The notes under the pieces were generated by a model. That model ran no database searches. It saw nothing but the letters and a program-made list of their open reading frames with translations, and was not told the DNA's origin. A DNA stretch of 64,000 bases from Nemertoderma westbladi (Eukaryota > Animalia > Xenacoelomorpha): contig JAUCBJ010006248.1 of the NCBI GenBank assembly GCA_032718475.1, forward strand, positions 1 to 64,000, given 5' to 3'. Below, in pieces: positions 10,601 to 23,489 of this stretch; the stretch's first letter is position 1, and each line of letters starts with the position of its first letter. A program made the position numbers and the translations under genes.

Positions 10601-13600
10601 TTGGTTTCTAACTAAATTTGGACACATTTTATAACATTTGATGCATGCAGGAAGTTCTTTATTGAGTCATTGATCGTTCATTAATGTGTTATATTGTTAT
10701 TAAATTTCATTGTGGTGCATCTCGGGTTTGGGAGGTGGCTAGGTGACAGACGTATGCTAGGTTTACTAAGTACCGGTACCTGTAGGTCCATTTTACTTCC
10801 AAACCCCCACTATCAGACTTAGATTACTATTAACCGTCGTTGTTCCGTTGTTTGGTGAGCGATTACTCTATTTGAGTTGTCAAATATGCCCCCCAAACTT
10901 ACTCTTGATGCAATCATGGATTCTCTATCTGCCTTAACCCTATTACCACTGCGGTGGGGGGGGGGGGCGATTCGGCCCACCCACTATATTTTTGTAATCG
11001 TCCAATGAAATCCTACAAAATTTGGGCTGTTGGAGAAACAACTATAGATGAACACTACCAAACCTTAACAAGTTAAAATTTCATAAGCAGGGAATCATAA
11101 TTTTGATGAAAAATAAAAGTAGTCCCAGGACAAAATTACAAAATTTTTCGTTTTCTGAAAGCTAATAGTGTGGCAGTGTTGGCTAGATTTAGTAGGTTTT
11201 TCAAGATATTCTAACTTTTACCGAAACTTTTGTAAAAAAAGATGATGCCATATTTAGATTGTAGGGAAATAAAAAGAGGCGGGTCGGCAATTTTTGTAAA
11301 TGAAAATTATGAAGTTAATCAAAGGCCTGACTTACGGGTCGAGGGTTTGGAAAACGTGTTTATTGAGATCAAATGCACAAGCAATGCAAAACCCTTAATT
11401 ATTGGAACTATTTACAGAACTGGAGCAATTAAATTTGCATGTTTTTTAAACTCTTTAGTAGCAAATTTGTCAAAAACGTGTGAACTTATTGAAAAATATT
11501 TGCTAAGCACGTGAATATACAATTTTATTAAATTCCTTCGGTTTTCTCCAGTTAATAACAACGGCTACTAGAAGAGTTGAAGGCTCAGACGATTCATTAA
11601 TTGATCACATTATAACAAACATAACAACTTACTTTACAACCGCAGGCACAATCTTAGCTCAAATTGGTACATCGGATCACTTACCTCGCTTTTCAATTTA
11701 TAGAAACTATTCTTGCCAATTTTCAGACCCAACACACTATACCATTTTTGATTACTCAAATTTTAAGGCCGATAAATTCATAAAAGATATTAAACTGGAA
11801 AGCTCTTGGTCTTACAAATCCAGTTTAATACCAGATAATGAAAAATTTTATAAATTTTATGTAAATCTAGAAAACATTTGTTCGAATAGTGTAACCAAAA
11901 AAAAAATAAGTCAACGCAATTCCCCCAAAACACCCTGGATAACCACCTCTTTAATAAAATGCTCCCGCAAGAAGAATACATTATACCGAAAATATTTAAA
12001 AAATCCCACAACAGAAAACTCAAATAAATTAAAACATATCGTAATGTGTACACCACAAACTCACATTATTTTTTTACCTCATAAACACCCATTATAAAGT
12101 TCAGTTCGCAGTTTGTGGATAAATATGAATACGGATGTATGCAGTAGTATACTGGTGTTCTCCTTGGAACCAAAGACCACCCCGCAGAATGGCCCCATTT
12201 TTCTATAAAGACACAGAGTCAGTAGACAGAGTGCTGTTAACCTTTGTAGAAATACTATGACCGACCTCTGTATTACTATCCGGGACCAAGGACTGTGTTG
12301 TCACATTGAAACAAACCATTGAGTCTGTAGCGGTGGTTGATGGTTGCATCTGTTACTTAGGTTTGGGCAAACTGATATTGGAATGGTAAGAAGGTTTCTA
12401 GGAATCTAAGTAAGAAGGAATGTAGGAACAGATGTAGGAATGTATGTAGTAAGTAGTGGATATAGGAACGGATCTAGGAACACATGTCATAACAGATTTA
12501 TGATTGAAAGTAGGAATGGATGTTGTACCAGATTTTCTAGTAGATGTTGAAGCGGATGTAGGAATTGAAGCACGAATGAATGTAGAAGTGTATGTAGTAA
12601 TGGACGTTGGATCAAATGTTTGAGAACAGTTATAGAAACATATGAAGACTTTTACTCAAACAACATTTTCTTTAACAAAATATTATTTTCTATTAAATCT
12701 ACAATTTTTTTACACTATTTTGTAAATGATTGTTAATGACTATACATTATTTTTTTAATTGTAGACTTCATTCATTGACACCATTCATCCCCACTAACAA
12801 CCATCCCTCTGATAACCCACCATCTTTTAACTAACACCATTCAGCAAACCCACTAACAACACCACCATCATCCCACCAACATCCCCCCTAATCCACGATC
12901 TTCTAACTGACACCTTTCTTTAATTAGATATATTTTATTTTGCGACAGACTGTATTTGAGTTGATTACCGGTACCATCATCTGTAATGACTTCTCTGACA
13001 CCCACCTGGGAACCTTCAATTTCGTCCAATAAAATTTCAATATAGCATGCTGGTCATGTCATTGTTGGTTTGTTTGGTGTTTGGCACTTTAACATCTACT
13101 TTAAATCTCATATTCATAATTTGCGATTATCCACCCTCATAATGATTTGAAAATTCAGGTTTTGGAAGCTTCTAAACGCTGCAATGGACACTGCTCTCAC
13201 TGTAGCAATGATGGTGGATCTATGACAGTTAATGAACGATGGTGTCAGGACGAAGAGGAATGTGATTGTGACCCATCTACTCATGTTGTCTGTAACGCTC
13301 ACTACACACCAATATTATGTCGCCTAATATCAGATACTGATGCAAAATGCGGTTTGTGTTATTTCAATGAATAATTATATTTTAATTTTAATGAATAATT
13401 GGATAAATGTCTCTATCTAGTTTAAATGAAGTTGTAGAGCTGAGCTCTCGGTAACAACAAAAAACAAAATGGGACCTGAAGGCTACAAAGATCACAATAT
13501 TTATTGACGGCAAATTTGGAGGTTCCGTCCGCACATTTATTCATTGGATGGTGGTCTTGGTCACCATGTAGAGTGTTTGGGTAGACTTTTGTTTAATAAT

Positions 13601-16600
13601 CTTGGATTCGTATATCAGATTCACATGTCCATGTGCAAAAAGACGAGGCATCATGGTCTGCATTAAATGTGTGAGAATATCTCCGAGAAGCATATAGTTG
13701 AGTCTGTTCTGCTTTTATTAACTTTATAAGGAAGCGCGTGCACTGAAAAAAAACAGAACCCAAGTTATTTACTAATTTAAAATGCGGTTTATTTTATTTG
13801 GACTTACACTTTATATCCAGTGTTTTTTTTTATACAGAAACTGCCATTTTTTTGCAAACGAAAACCCCAGGGTTTCTTAAAAGGCAAGAATACACAGTTA
13901 ATATGAAAAAAGTGTGTTTTATAAAACATTAACCAGCAGTATCTCTTAAAGTGGTATACTGGCATTTTAGCCTTTTTATCATAATAATATGTTGTTCATA
14001 GCTCATTTCATTAAAACCATTAATAAGACCATTAATTAATAAGATCTAGGTTGAAAACCTGGGTTATTACATACAACCTACAGTTTTAATATACACAGTT
14101 GTTAGTACAAAACAATCGATGTATGCTTATATTCTTATACTGTAACATATAATGTAAAAAGTTCACTAGAAAGCCAGCAAGCTGGCTATAAGAAGACCGT
14201 CATAGACAATTAAAATGAAATAAACAGTCAGTATTGCAAAATAACAATTTCTGTGTTAAATTGTATTATAGTGCTCATCTGCGATTATAGTGATAACGTG
14301 GTTTATAGTGATCAGATTAAAATGGCCATCTTAAAGTAGTATATCGTTTAGCAGTACATCAATATATAATAGAACACACATACAAATAATATTCGATTGT
14401 AAACAGTATTATCGCACATATAAGATGCAGTTCCAAAATCACCAAAAAATTCAACTGTTCTCGTTGCGTTCGTCATGTTTTGTATTTAAATATATTTCTT
14501 AAACGCAGACTGACGATCTTTATAATAATAATAACTAGGGATGCGATCAATATGTGAAGCCAGGTGGTTTATATAATAATATAGTCAACGCAGTACTCGT
14601 CTTCATTATATGCCTCGTTGCGCTCGTCGCTCGTCCCGTTTTGTCATCAAATATTTTTCTTAAACGCAGACTGACGACCTTTATACAGTTATAACTATGC
14701 GAAGTTTCGAAACTGTGCGAGTAACTGCTGATACATCTATGTGCAGATGAGTGTGATACAACACCAACGCATTGTATGCCGATGTAGTAATATGGGTATT
14801 GAAATAATATTAAATCAATGTAAGCTCTTAAAGCTGCAGCGAAAAATTGTAGCTAATTTCCTAGGATACATAAAAAATAATAATTTTTACTACTTTGCAG
14901 GAATTCAATTAAAAAATAACCAGACAAATACATTGTGGAATAAACTATTTCAGATATAAGCCTACACAACAGCCATGCCATGGATAGTTATTATATTGAT
15001 TGTTATTATATATGTCATTTACCTGAGATAGCAATACAACATTTATAGTACAGTGATACAGGCAGGGTATGCATGGTGGGATTTAAAGAATGCTGTCTGG
15101 GCCGCAATAGCAATACTGCTGCCTATTACAGTACAATTACGTATGTCGCAGTGTCCGAGTGGATACGGGGCCTGAACTGCTTACACAATAGTGTTTGGTG
15201 GTGCAGGTTCGAATCCGACTAAAGGCTGTAGAAATTTCGCACTGTTGTTTCCCTAGGCAAGACACTTTAGATATTAGTACCTACGCCAACCCAGCGGTAT
15301 AATGGGAACCTGGCTTTGCTGGGGTAATGATAATAAAAGCGCTTTGAGTATGCTGAGCGTAGAAAAGCGCTATATAAATAACTAATATTATAATATTATT
15401 ACAGTACAATTCCCCTCTCTGGTTAGGCTACAGCAACAACTCCCAGCAGCTAGCAGCTCCACACCAGCAGAGACTATGTTGACCATCATCATCTATTTCT
15501 TCATTTTCTATCATCATCATTGAGTCTATGGCAATTTTCGAGTTATAAAGCTATATTTCGAAATAAAAAAAAGTCACTTTGATAATTATTTTCGAAACTT
15601 GAATTTCCACATCCTGGGGTTGAGCTGCGTCGATTGATATAACTTTCAATGACGGACGAACTATAGCTTCGGAGGAGTTCACCCGATATAGATAGATACA
15701 TACATAGATCGTGAATACTTTCACAGTAAGAAGTCCTAACGGTCTTCTAATAAACACAGTTCAGCATCAAGCCATCCTAAAATCGAAAAAAGTACCAACC
15801 AATCCGAAAACAATCTTGAGAGTTCCTGGTCTGGTAGGGTTGGATTGATGAGAGTTGCTGCAATAGAGATAGAAAATCACGTTTGCTCATTCATGTTTGC
15901 TGTCATTATGGATCAACAACTGTCTTTATTGTTATTTGGACATGTCGATTGGCAGCTTTTTCCAAACTCCCATCCTCAAGCCCTGATGCATTATCAGAAC
16001 TTATACCCTCACCACAGTATTCCCAATGGACTGGTCACAGCCATTTTTAATGGGTGAACAATGTTTTTTTGCATGACATTCAGGCCGGCCCTCTTTTTCT
16101 TCCTGCAATTGGTAAACAACAGACTTAAACTTGAGATGTGTATGAGAAAAACATAATTATGGATAAACGGAACACACAAATTTAGCGATAAAACCATCCT
16201 TGGATATATTGCATTCCTCAAGGAATCGAGAAATGGCCTTACTTACATTCAGCATGAATCCCCCACCCCATAATGGAATCATTCCAAGCAAACACCAGTC
16301 AAATGACCGGAATGCATACTTTTTACCCGCTTCCCAAGTAATGTTCCTATCCATTTAAGTGACTTCCAGATTGACTTGAAGAATTGCACACTGCACCACT
16401 GGCCCATGTGAGGATTGAACCCACGACCTATGGGAGATGTGAATTCAATGCAACCACTACACCAAGGTGGAACCTGTGTGTTAGTGGGGTTGTGTGTGCG
16501 TGTGTTTGTGTTAGTTAATGTTGTAGTTACAATACATGTGAAATGTTTTTTCTGCATAACTGTTCCAGTCAGTAACAACCTATATTTTTTTCAAACAACA

Positions 16601-19600
16601 ATTATTGGAAAATCATTTGTTATTCTGGAAAATTCTTTAACATTTACAGCTGATACCAGCAATAATATACTGTGATCTGTGCTATTTGGCTATTGATTCT
16701 CATTTATTGTTTTGGATAAGAATAAAAGATTGACCAAAATACCCAATAATGATGCATTATTATGGTTTGAGTGTATGTGCGTTTATTTGGTAATCGATAT
16801 ATGATTCTCTGTCATTTTGTCCTAGGGTCCTAGTCCTCTTGATTAGGTCTTGCACCATTCTCTCTGGGATAATATGTGGAACTTTTGTTATGTGTGTAAA
16901 AACCTCACGTTTACATTTCAGAATAATGTTGTAATGTAGTCTTTAGAAAGTAGAAGATGGAATAGATCACATTTGCATTTTTATCATATTTTGTTTCAAT
17001 ATTATATCTTTCTTTTTTCACACAACATTAGATTGCCATGGTCTGTTTGATACGGTTATGGAATGCAGTTCAGACATCGGAAGTCAAGATGTGTGTGCCT
17101 TATGTAATAATGGTATTGGTGAATGCCCTTCTGGTGAAGATGAAACTGAGCAATCTTGTAAACACCCAGGTAAGCAGGAAGTTATGTTTTGAGTGGGTGT
17201 GTTCTGGAAATGGTCTTTTATAAACGCTTTCAAATGTATAGAATATTACTTAAATTCCATAAACCTTGTGCCTCTACCAAGAGGTGTGCTTCCAAGAATG
17301 CATATCTTGTAAACCTTCTCATCTGTATCATAATTGTGATCATTTGCTAATTGAAGCATAATAGTATGACAGGTCATTTTAACATAAAATAATTAAATAC
17401 CGGCGGATGAAATATATTGTTATCTATTTTAGAAAACCGATTTCCTACTGTGATGGATACTTTACTACACATGTTTATTTATAAATACCTAGGCAATGCC
17501 TATTTGGTCTGTACAAAACTATATATTCGGTTCACTAACTATGTAATAAATATTTTGAATGAGTAGAGATATACTTTATATTTGAAATATTATCCTATAC
17601 ATTAATTAATTGTAAACAAATGGGAATGTGCCAGGATAAGCCTACCATCTATTTAGATTTACTAAAAAAATATCAAGACTTTGTTCTCCCATATCAATGT
17701 TTAAAGACACTCTCTGGAAGGTGTAACTTGTAAGGCAGCACTTGGTGTTGATACTCAAAGTTTTACAAACTAAAGATGAGTGCGACAAGCTATAAACTAT
17801 TTATTTTAATTATGCAGATGCTCAATGCGCCGATCTGGAAGATTTTGTAGATGACTGCGGAATTTGGGGCAACTTATTAGTACCGAGTGAATGCGAACGT
17901 AATCCCGTATATATGTACAATAATTGTGAAAGAACTTGCAGGGAGAGGGACGGTTCATGCATTGGCGATGAGAATGGTAAATTCATAGAGTAACAAATTA
18001 TTATAATTATTCTTGTTACGGGTAATAAGGCAGGGTGAAAAACTTTTTGTTTCCCCATTATTGTAGGGAATGGGATTAAACGCTACGCCTAATAACTACA
18101 CTTACACATACCAGTAGGCAGGTTAGTAAAGAAGCAGGTTACAGAGGAGGGTTGAGAAGGACCAAAACAAGCCTTCTTATACTATTTTTTAATTTAATTA
18201 TAATTTTATAGTTTTATACTATACTATTTTCTAGAACCTTTGTGCAGCGACTTGGTGGATTTAAATGGTGATTGTGATTTATGGGCTAATGTGTTTGAAC
18301 CAAGTGAATGTGAACACAATCCAATATGGATGATGGACAATTGTGAGAAATCTTGTCTGATTGCAAGTGGAGGTTGCCAACTGGAAATTGTTGGTGAGTG
18401 TAAGGTGCAGCCGTTTTTATTCTTTAATTTTTATTTATTAATTATATGTATGTATACTATGAGATGAATAAAATGTTTAAAATAAAATGATTTGTGTAAA
18501 AAAATACAATACATGAATGAAACTATTTACCAGTAAACACAGTATTATATATATTATTTTCTAAATATTATGTACAATTTGTAGGATGTGCTTGCAGCAG
18601 TTATGATATTCAGGATGTTGGCTATTGTCGAGGATTACAGATGAACCCTGCTACGGATTGCAGTACCAACGTTGCTTGGATGCACTCACAATGTGCCAAA
18701 ACTTGCGATTTATGTGATTGTAACTATGAAGGTTAGTATTGAATAAATTAACAAAACTGGCTGAAATATTGTTATATTACATTAGCAAAATATAAGATTT
18801 CACGAATTGTTAGATGGTGCCCTTTCCATACGCACTGTACATGTTTAGTCATAATTCGGTGGAATACATCTGTTAGTGCGGGTGTTTGAAAAAGGTAGAC
18901 TGGATACAGAAAACATGGACAATGGACAGACAAATCAGAAATGTATTATGCAAAGCAGTTTGTAGCAATTGGTCTGTCCACCTTTTTCAAGTTTTGCTTT
19001 CTTAGTTGGGAATAAGATGTGTGTTTGAAAAAGGAGGACTGGACACATGCACAAAAAACATAGATAATAGTCTGACCAATCAAAAACGTATTAAAGCAAT
19101 GCTATTTATTGGTGATTGGACTGTCCACCTTTTTCAGGTTTCAATTATCTACCTATCATGGGCATGCTGGAAGCAGCTGCATTAAGAATGCTGTCGGTGT
19201 CCTAGGCGTATCTACCCCCCCCCCCCGCGCAGATTGCCCCCCCTATAGACTTACAGTATAATACTGTTCTAGTAGGTCTAGCGTACCCCTAGTCTTTAGC
19301 AACTTTACGAATCTTCAAAGACCAGTAATGATCATGCAATGTCTTTAGTATGTCTGCAAAGATCATAATGCATTGTAAACCTGTCAAGAACATAACATTA
19401 TCTTGTTAAGATCATGAAAGACTGGAACCGGAAAGTGAACATTTTAAGTTATCTTATTCTCTTAATTTATCTTATGATGCATATGGACAACTTAAAAATC
19501 CTCTAGTAACATTACAAAGTTATGATATTTAAGTGTGTGCAAAAATGTACTATGTAGATTTCATATCTGCAAAGATCATAACATGATCATAACAAGATCA

Positions 19601-22417
19601 TCAAAGTTTTGAACGGAATGGCGCACCTATGTTCATGTCTTAAATTGTATTTTATGAATGGTGCATGCAGTAATTGAAACATAAACTTGACATACAATGC
19701 CACCACTGGGAGCATGCGGTAAGGGAATAGTGGCTGAATGGGGTGGGGGGGTGATTGTGGAGAGAGAAAATAAGAAAATAACAGCACTTTAACTTGGATT
19801 TATTGGTTTATTTTTGTGGTTGGGTTAGTTGGTCAGGCCCAAACCCTAATTAAAACAGTCATTAACCCTATAACCTTAAAGTCCCGATGCTCTAATCTAA
19901 GAAATTTTGTGGAACTTAGGATCAAAAATATTTAAGGTTGGGGTTACATGACAGTTTTAATTAAGGTTTTGGGCCTCCATTTCCACTTTGAATTTGGGTT
20001 AGGGACCGCCACTCCCAAAATATGGGGACTTATTTACCTCCCTCGCTGCGCTCGGTCGTGTAATAACAGATCTCGGGATGAACGGTAAATAAAGCATATT
20101 ATATTTCCCTCACAGTACAATAGGTGCCGGTAGTTATTATAATTAACTTTATGCTGTAATGAGTTTGAATATTGACGTTCCAATATTGATGCTATCGCGT
20201 GGCTAGATAGATAGATATATTTATACATTATGTAAAAACAATAACAAATACACCAAACAATGTACCGGTATAAAGGTATTGTCCAACATAACATATAGGA
20301 TTACCCCTAAAGCTTTGCAGCTTATTTCCAAGGGGTCCTTTATGTTACTTTGTTACAAATACAATATTACACTACGCTAACCTAAAACCAATATGAAACG
20401 TAATTACACTATGTACATGTACAACTTTACCAAGAGCGTGACAATGTAGACTCAACGATAAAGATGTAATGTACAGAACAATTTATTATAAAACGTAATT
20501 ACACTATGTACATGTACAACTTTACCGAGAGCGTGACAATGCCCGACTATTATGCCCTATATTATTAAACTAGGCCTATTTCGACAACTTCGGTTGGTCA
20601 CAGTAAGTATGGGATAATAATAATGTGCAAATCAATCTGATTGGTCAATTCATTGCCTGTCTTTCTCAACCCAGTCCACCTTTTTCAAACACACATCTTA
20701 TTCCCAATTATGTAACTAAGAAAGCGAAACTTGAAAAAGGTGGACAGAGCAATTGCTACAAACTGTTTTACATAATACGTTTCTGATTGGTCTCTCCGTT
20801 GTCCATGTTTTCTGTGTCCAGTCCACCTTTTTCAAACACCCATAATAATAACAATAATAATCCATAAAATCCTTCTGAAATTTTTTGAAAAACGTGGACA
20901 GAGCTGCTATAATGTGCGAATCAATCTGATTGGTCAATTGGCATCATTGCCTGTTCTTTATTCTCAACCCAGTCCACCTTATTCAAATTTGAAAAAAGTG
21001 GACAACAAAGCTGAAAAAGGTGGACATGCTGAGTGACGCAAATCGCCCGTGATTGGTTTGTCCATTGTCCATGTTTTCTGTGTCCAGTCCACCTTTTTCA
21101 AACACCCCTGTTAGTGCTGTGTTTACAGATTATTGTCATCGGGTATCCTGGGGAAGGCTTTGTACAGCAACGTAAATGTAATACCTCAAAATACATCTAG
21201 CAGAAACACAATCGCAATGGTGTGATAATTAGGTCGGGGTCGTCGGAGTTTGATTATCACAGTTTAGTCTTTTTAAGGCTGTATGGGCTGAATGCCATCT
21301 AACTACCGCCATAAGTGTCATTATGCATGGTACATACATGTATTATATAACATAACATCCCTAAATACTGATTCCTTAAAGAACACAGACCTTTCTGGTC
21401 ACCAATGCAAAAGGTGTTCCCAATGAAAGTTTTATTAATAATGTATAAAACCACTCATTCACCCAAAACACCAATTATAAACCCAGAGATTTGGTTTCTT
21501 CGGCTCTTAGAACCCAGCATGGATTCCCCTATAGGAGTACTGATTCCACTGCTGCCCAAAATAATAGAACCTTGAGATTCCGATGTATTCTGTAGGACTT
21601 CCACACCCTGTCCGGAATATGTTGACCCTATATCAATGCATTTACAATTGTTTGCAGATTGCGTAGATGACGAGGACGAAAACGGTGGTTGTGGTAACTG
21701 GGCTTCACAAGGTAAGTTGAGTCTATGGCGTAAAATGAAAAATTAATCTAATTAAATTAACTAATATTGGTATAATAAAGGTGCACGTTACACAAGTGGT
21801 GTTTTCTAACCAAAACAATAAACAAAAGATTATTTCACTTGCAGACCATGTGCAACACTATCTGTATAAAGGCCCGTTCACTTCCCATGGAACGGTACAC
21901 CGCGTGGTGTACCACAGGTGCAGCGGTACACTGCTGACTGTGAACGACCCAACTGGTAGTTGTGCGCTAAACCACGCGGTTTACCGCAGCACATTTGAAC
22001 AATGTTAAACCAATTAATGTAATTTCCTGTTGAATTCACAATCAACAGACAGACAATCAGTTACCGCAACGGTACCGTTGGGTGTGAATGGGCTCCGGGT
22101 AGTGTACCGCTGGCTTACCGCTTCAATCCCGCCAGACTACTTTACCGCTCACGCACCGTTGGATGTGAACGGGGCTTTAGTTAACTAAATTTTGTGTGTA
22201 AAGCAACACGTTGCTGTCTGCTGGTTTTTCCTGCAAACGATCGGATTATGATAAAATGTTAACTGTATAAAATAACTTACATTATGGACTGTAATACTAT
22301 TGTTTTCTTTTAGGACTTTGTGTGAGCAACCCGCAGTATATGAACGACGTGTGTCAGACTTCGTGCCACACCTGCAATGCTTTGAAGGAGAAAAAATTGA
22401 ATCAGGCCGAAAAATAA
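7501..22417 (+). CDS. Spliced gene copy A: CAP/SCP-domain protein with LDLa-like and 4 ShKT domains (5'-partial; exon 1 upstream of window)
   Basis: Ten AG/GT-bounded exons join in one open frame: 7501-7650, 8136-8364, 9438-9590, 13159-13351, 17032-17169, 17818-17976, 18235-18393, 18585-18731, 21658-21711, 22314-22417 (TAA, overlapped by AATAAA). Confidence 0.88.
8136..8364 (+). CDS. Copy A exon 3 (CAP1/CAP2 motifs: CGHFDQLM, IACA, FLVCEY)
   Basis: ccAG acceptor, GTAAGT donor; paralogous to 31408-31633. Confidence 0.9.
8881..9218 (-). mobile_element. 5'-truncated RTE-like LINE 3' end with (TAG)n tail
   Basis: LRFAGHCFRRED...LWRR; matches 4900-5153; (CTA)n run at 8881-8906 on the + strand. 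Confidence 0.88.
9438..9590 (+). CDS. Copy A exon 4 (CRISP-type hinge: GTQCSAC...C..GLC)
   Basis: cacatAG acceptor, GTAAGT donor, 153 nt; near-identical to 62293-62445. Confidence 0.9.
9957..10721. mobile_element. Foldback/MITE-type element with ~335-bp inverted arms
   Basis: 9957-~10293 is the imperfect reverse complement of ~10383-10721 (GATGCACCACAATGAAATTT / AAATTTCATTGTGGTGCATC); ~90-bp spacer. Confidence 0.8.
11240..12060 (+). mobile_element. Decayed CR1/L2-type LINE, APE endonuclease region
   Basis: REIKRGGSAIFVN, IIGTIYR, SLIDHIITN and SDHLP motifs across frames. Confidence 0.7.
12395..12620. repeat. Degenerate ~12-bp purine-rich minisatellite (GGAATGTA/GATGTAGGAA-like)
   Basis: Recurring TAGGAA/GATGTA units. 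Confidence 0.55.
13159..13351 (+). CDS. Copy A exon 5 (Cys-rich, LDLa-like: KRCNGHCSHC...WCQDEEEC)
   Basis: ttcAG acceptor (phase 0), GT donor (phase 1), open frame. Confidence 0.8.
15139..15396 (+). mobile_element. tRNA-derived SINE with conserved core and L2/CR1-type 3' tail
   Basis: B box GGTTCGAATCC; core CCCTAGGCAAGACAC...ACCCAGCGGTATAATGGGAACC; tail AAGCGCTTTGAG...AAAAGCGCTATATAAAT; 15-bp TSD TATTACAGTACAATT at 15124-15138 and 15397-15411. Confidence 0.9.
16399..16475 (-). mobile_element. tRNA-derived SINE head, same family head as 30205-30480
   Basis: Reverse complement reads AGGTTCCACCTTGGTGTAGTGG...GGTTCAATCCTCACATGGGCCAG. Confidence 0.8.
17032..17169 (+). CDS. Copy A exon 6 (LDLa-like: LCNNGIGECPSGEDETEQSC)
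   Basis: AG acceptor after a pyrimidine tract, GTAAGC donor, phase 1-1. Confidence 0.82.
17818..17976 (+). CDS. Copy A exon 7 (ShKT domain 1)
   Basis: CADLEDFVDDCGIW...ECERNPVYMYNNCERTC....SC; phase 1-1. Confidence 0.88.
18235..18393 (+). CDS. Copy A exon 8 (ShKT domain 2)
   Basis: CSDLVDLNGDCDLWA...ECEHNPIWMMDNCEKSC....GC; phase 1-1. Confidence 0.88.
18585..18731 (+). CDS. Copy A exon 9 (ShKT domain 3)
   Basis: YCRGLQ...DCSTNVAWMHSQCAKTCDLC; phase 1-1. Confidence 0.88.
18880..21107. mobile_element. Non-autonomous Mutator-like (MULE/foldback) DNA transposon
   Basis: TIRs GGGTGTTTGAAAAAGGT.GACTGGA.ACAGAAAACATGGAC... built from repeated modules; 10-bp TSD CTGTTAGTGC at 18870-18879 and 21108-21117. 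Confidence 0.85.
21658..21711 (+). CDS. Copy A exon 10 (N-terminal half of ShKT domain 4)
   Basis: DCVDDEDENGGCGNWASQ; tttgcAG acceptor, GTAAGT donor. Confidence 0.85.
21870..22176. mobile_element. PIF/Harbinger-type MITE
   Basis: TIRs AGGCCCGTTCAC / GTGAACGGGGCT flanked by TWA-like trinucleotides; internal (T)ACCG/CGGTA repeats. Confidence 0.72.
22314..22417 (+). CDS. Copy A terminal exon (C-terminal half of ShKT domain 4, stop)
   Basis: GLCVSNPQYMNDVCQTSCHTCNALKEKKLNQAEK*. Confidence 0.87.
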
Positions 22418-22488
22418 AACTGTACATTGCACAAATTGTGGATTAAATAATTACGGACTACTGCTAAATGTATTTACTACTGTAGCTC

Positions 22489-22972
22489 TATTAGTTTCAT
22501 TCGAACCGTAATGGTCGATTTAATGGGGGTAGACACCATCAAAACAATGGTCGAGTTATTGCTTCTCGAGATATCGGTCAAAATGTTAGCGCTGACTCAC
22601 ATAACTGAACACATAACTTCAGCAGTTTAATATCAATAAATCACCATATCACTAAAAATATGAATTTTGTTTATACTACTAAATTGTTGTTTTGATGGAG
22701 TCTACAACTACTAATTCTACCATTGCGGTTCAAATAAGCATATTACCTAAGTATATTTATGTGAAAGTATGATTTTTAGTGATATGGTGATATATTGCAT
22801 TAATTGAAATTAAATTGAAAATTTATATTAAAAATGTTGCTGAAATTACAGTTGGTAAAGTTAAGTCAGCGCTCACATTTTGACCGATATCTCGAGAAAC
22901 AATAACTCGACCATTGTTTTGATGGTGTCTACCCCCACTAAATCGACCATTGCGGTTCGAATGATACTAATA
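22489..22972. mobile_element. Foldback/MITE related to 9957-10721
   Basis: ~110-bp inverted arms (22489-~22597 and ~22864-22972) containing TTTTGATGGTGTCTACCCCCACTA, a motif shared with the element at 10 kb. Confidence 0.75.
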
Positions 22973-23489
22973 TCAGTGCAATAGGAGTAAGAGAAGTTGA
23001 TATTCTCTACAATTGAGTATTAGGCAGTTCTCCTTATATAATATTAATATAATTAATAATATTATTTTAGAATATTATTCTAAAACACACCGACGAATAT
23101 TATGAAATTAACAGATTCGGCACCAGGTTGATTAAAAGTATCGCGAAATGCTATAGTTTGGTCTGGGCATTTTTATAAGATATATAGCATTATTATAAAT
23201 AGTATTTTACTAATACTTTACTAATACTAATTTATTTGGTACAACACTATTTAAGAAAAAGACACCGGCAAAAGATTTTGAAAATATCATTTTTGGAATC
23301 AGGGTGTTGAAGTACCCCAAAAAAATGAAATAAGTTTGGCCGGGCATTTTTCTTTTATAAAAAGTTGGTTCAGCCCCACCGTGATAGCAGTTGTTTGGGT
23401 TAGCTATTTACAATTATCATTTACCCATCCACCTAATAGCGGCATGAAATAGATTCTTCGCCAACTACGTGGCTCGCCCCACGCCTGAA

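Noticed and set aside
10934-10990. piggyBac-like terminus TTAACCCT
   Set aside because: No matching opposite end (AGGGTTAA) was identified nearby.
15145-15225. tRNA genes here, at 30210-30280 and at 5738-5811
   Set aside because: A/B boxes are present but the stems are broken and there is no oligo-T terminator. They are followed by SINE bodies, TSDs or a ribozyme.
15060-16240. Possible nested minus-strand gene or transposase relic with Cys/His-rich fragments in intron 5 of copy A
   Set aside because: Fragments contain stops, and I could not establish consistent splice sites or a recognisable domain by eye.
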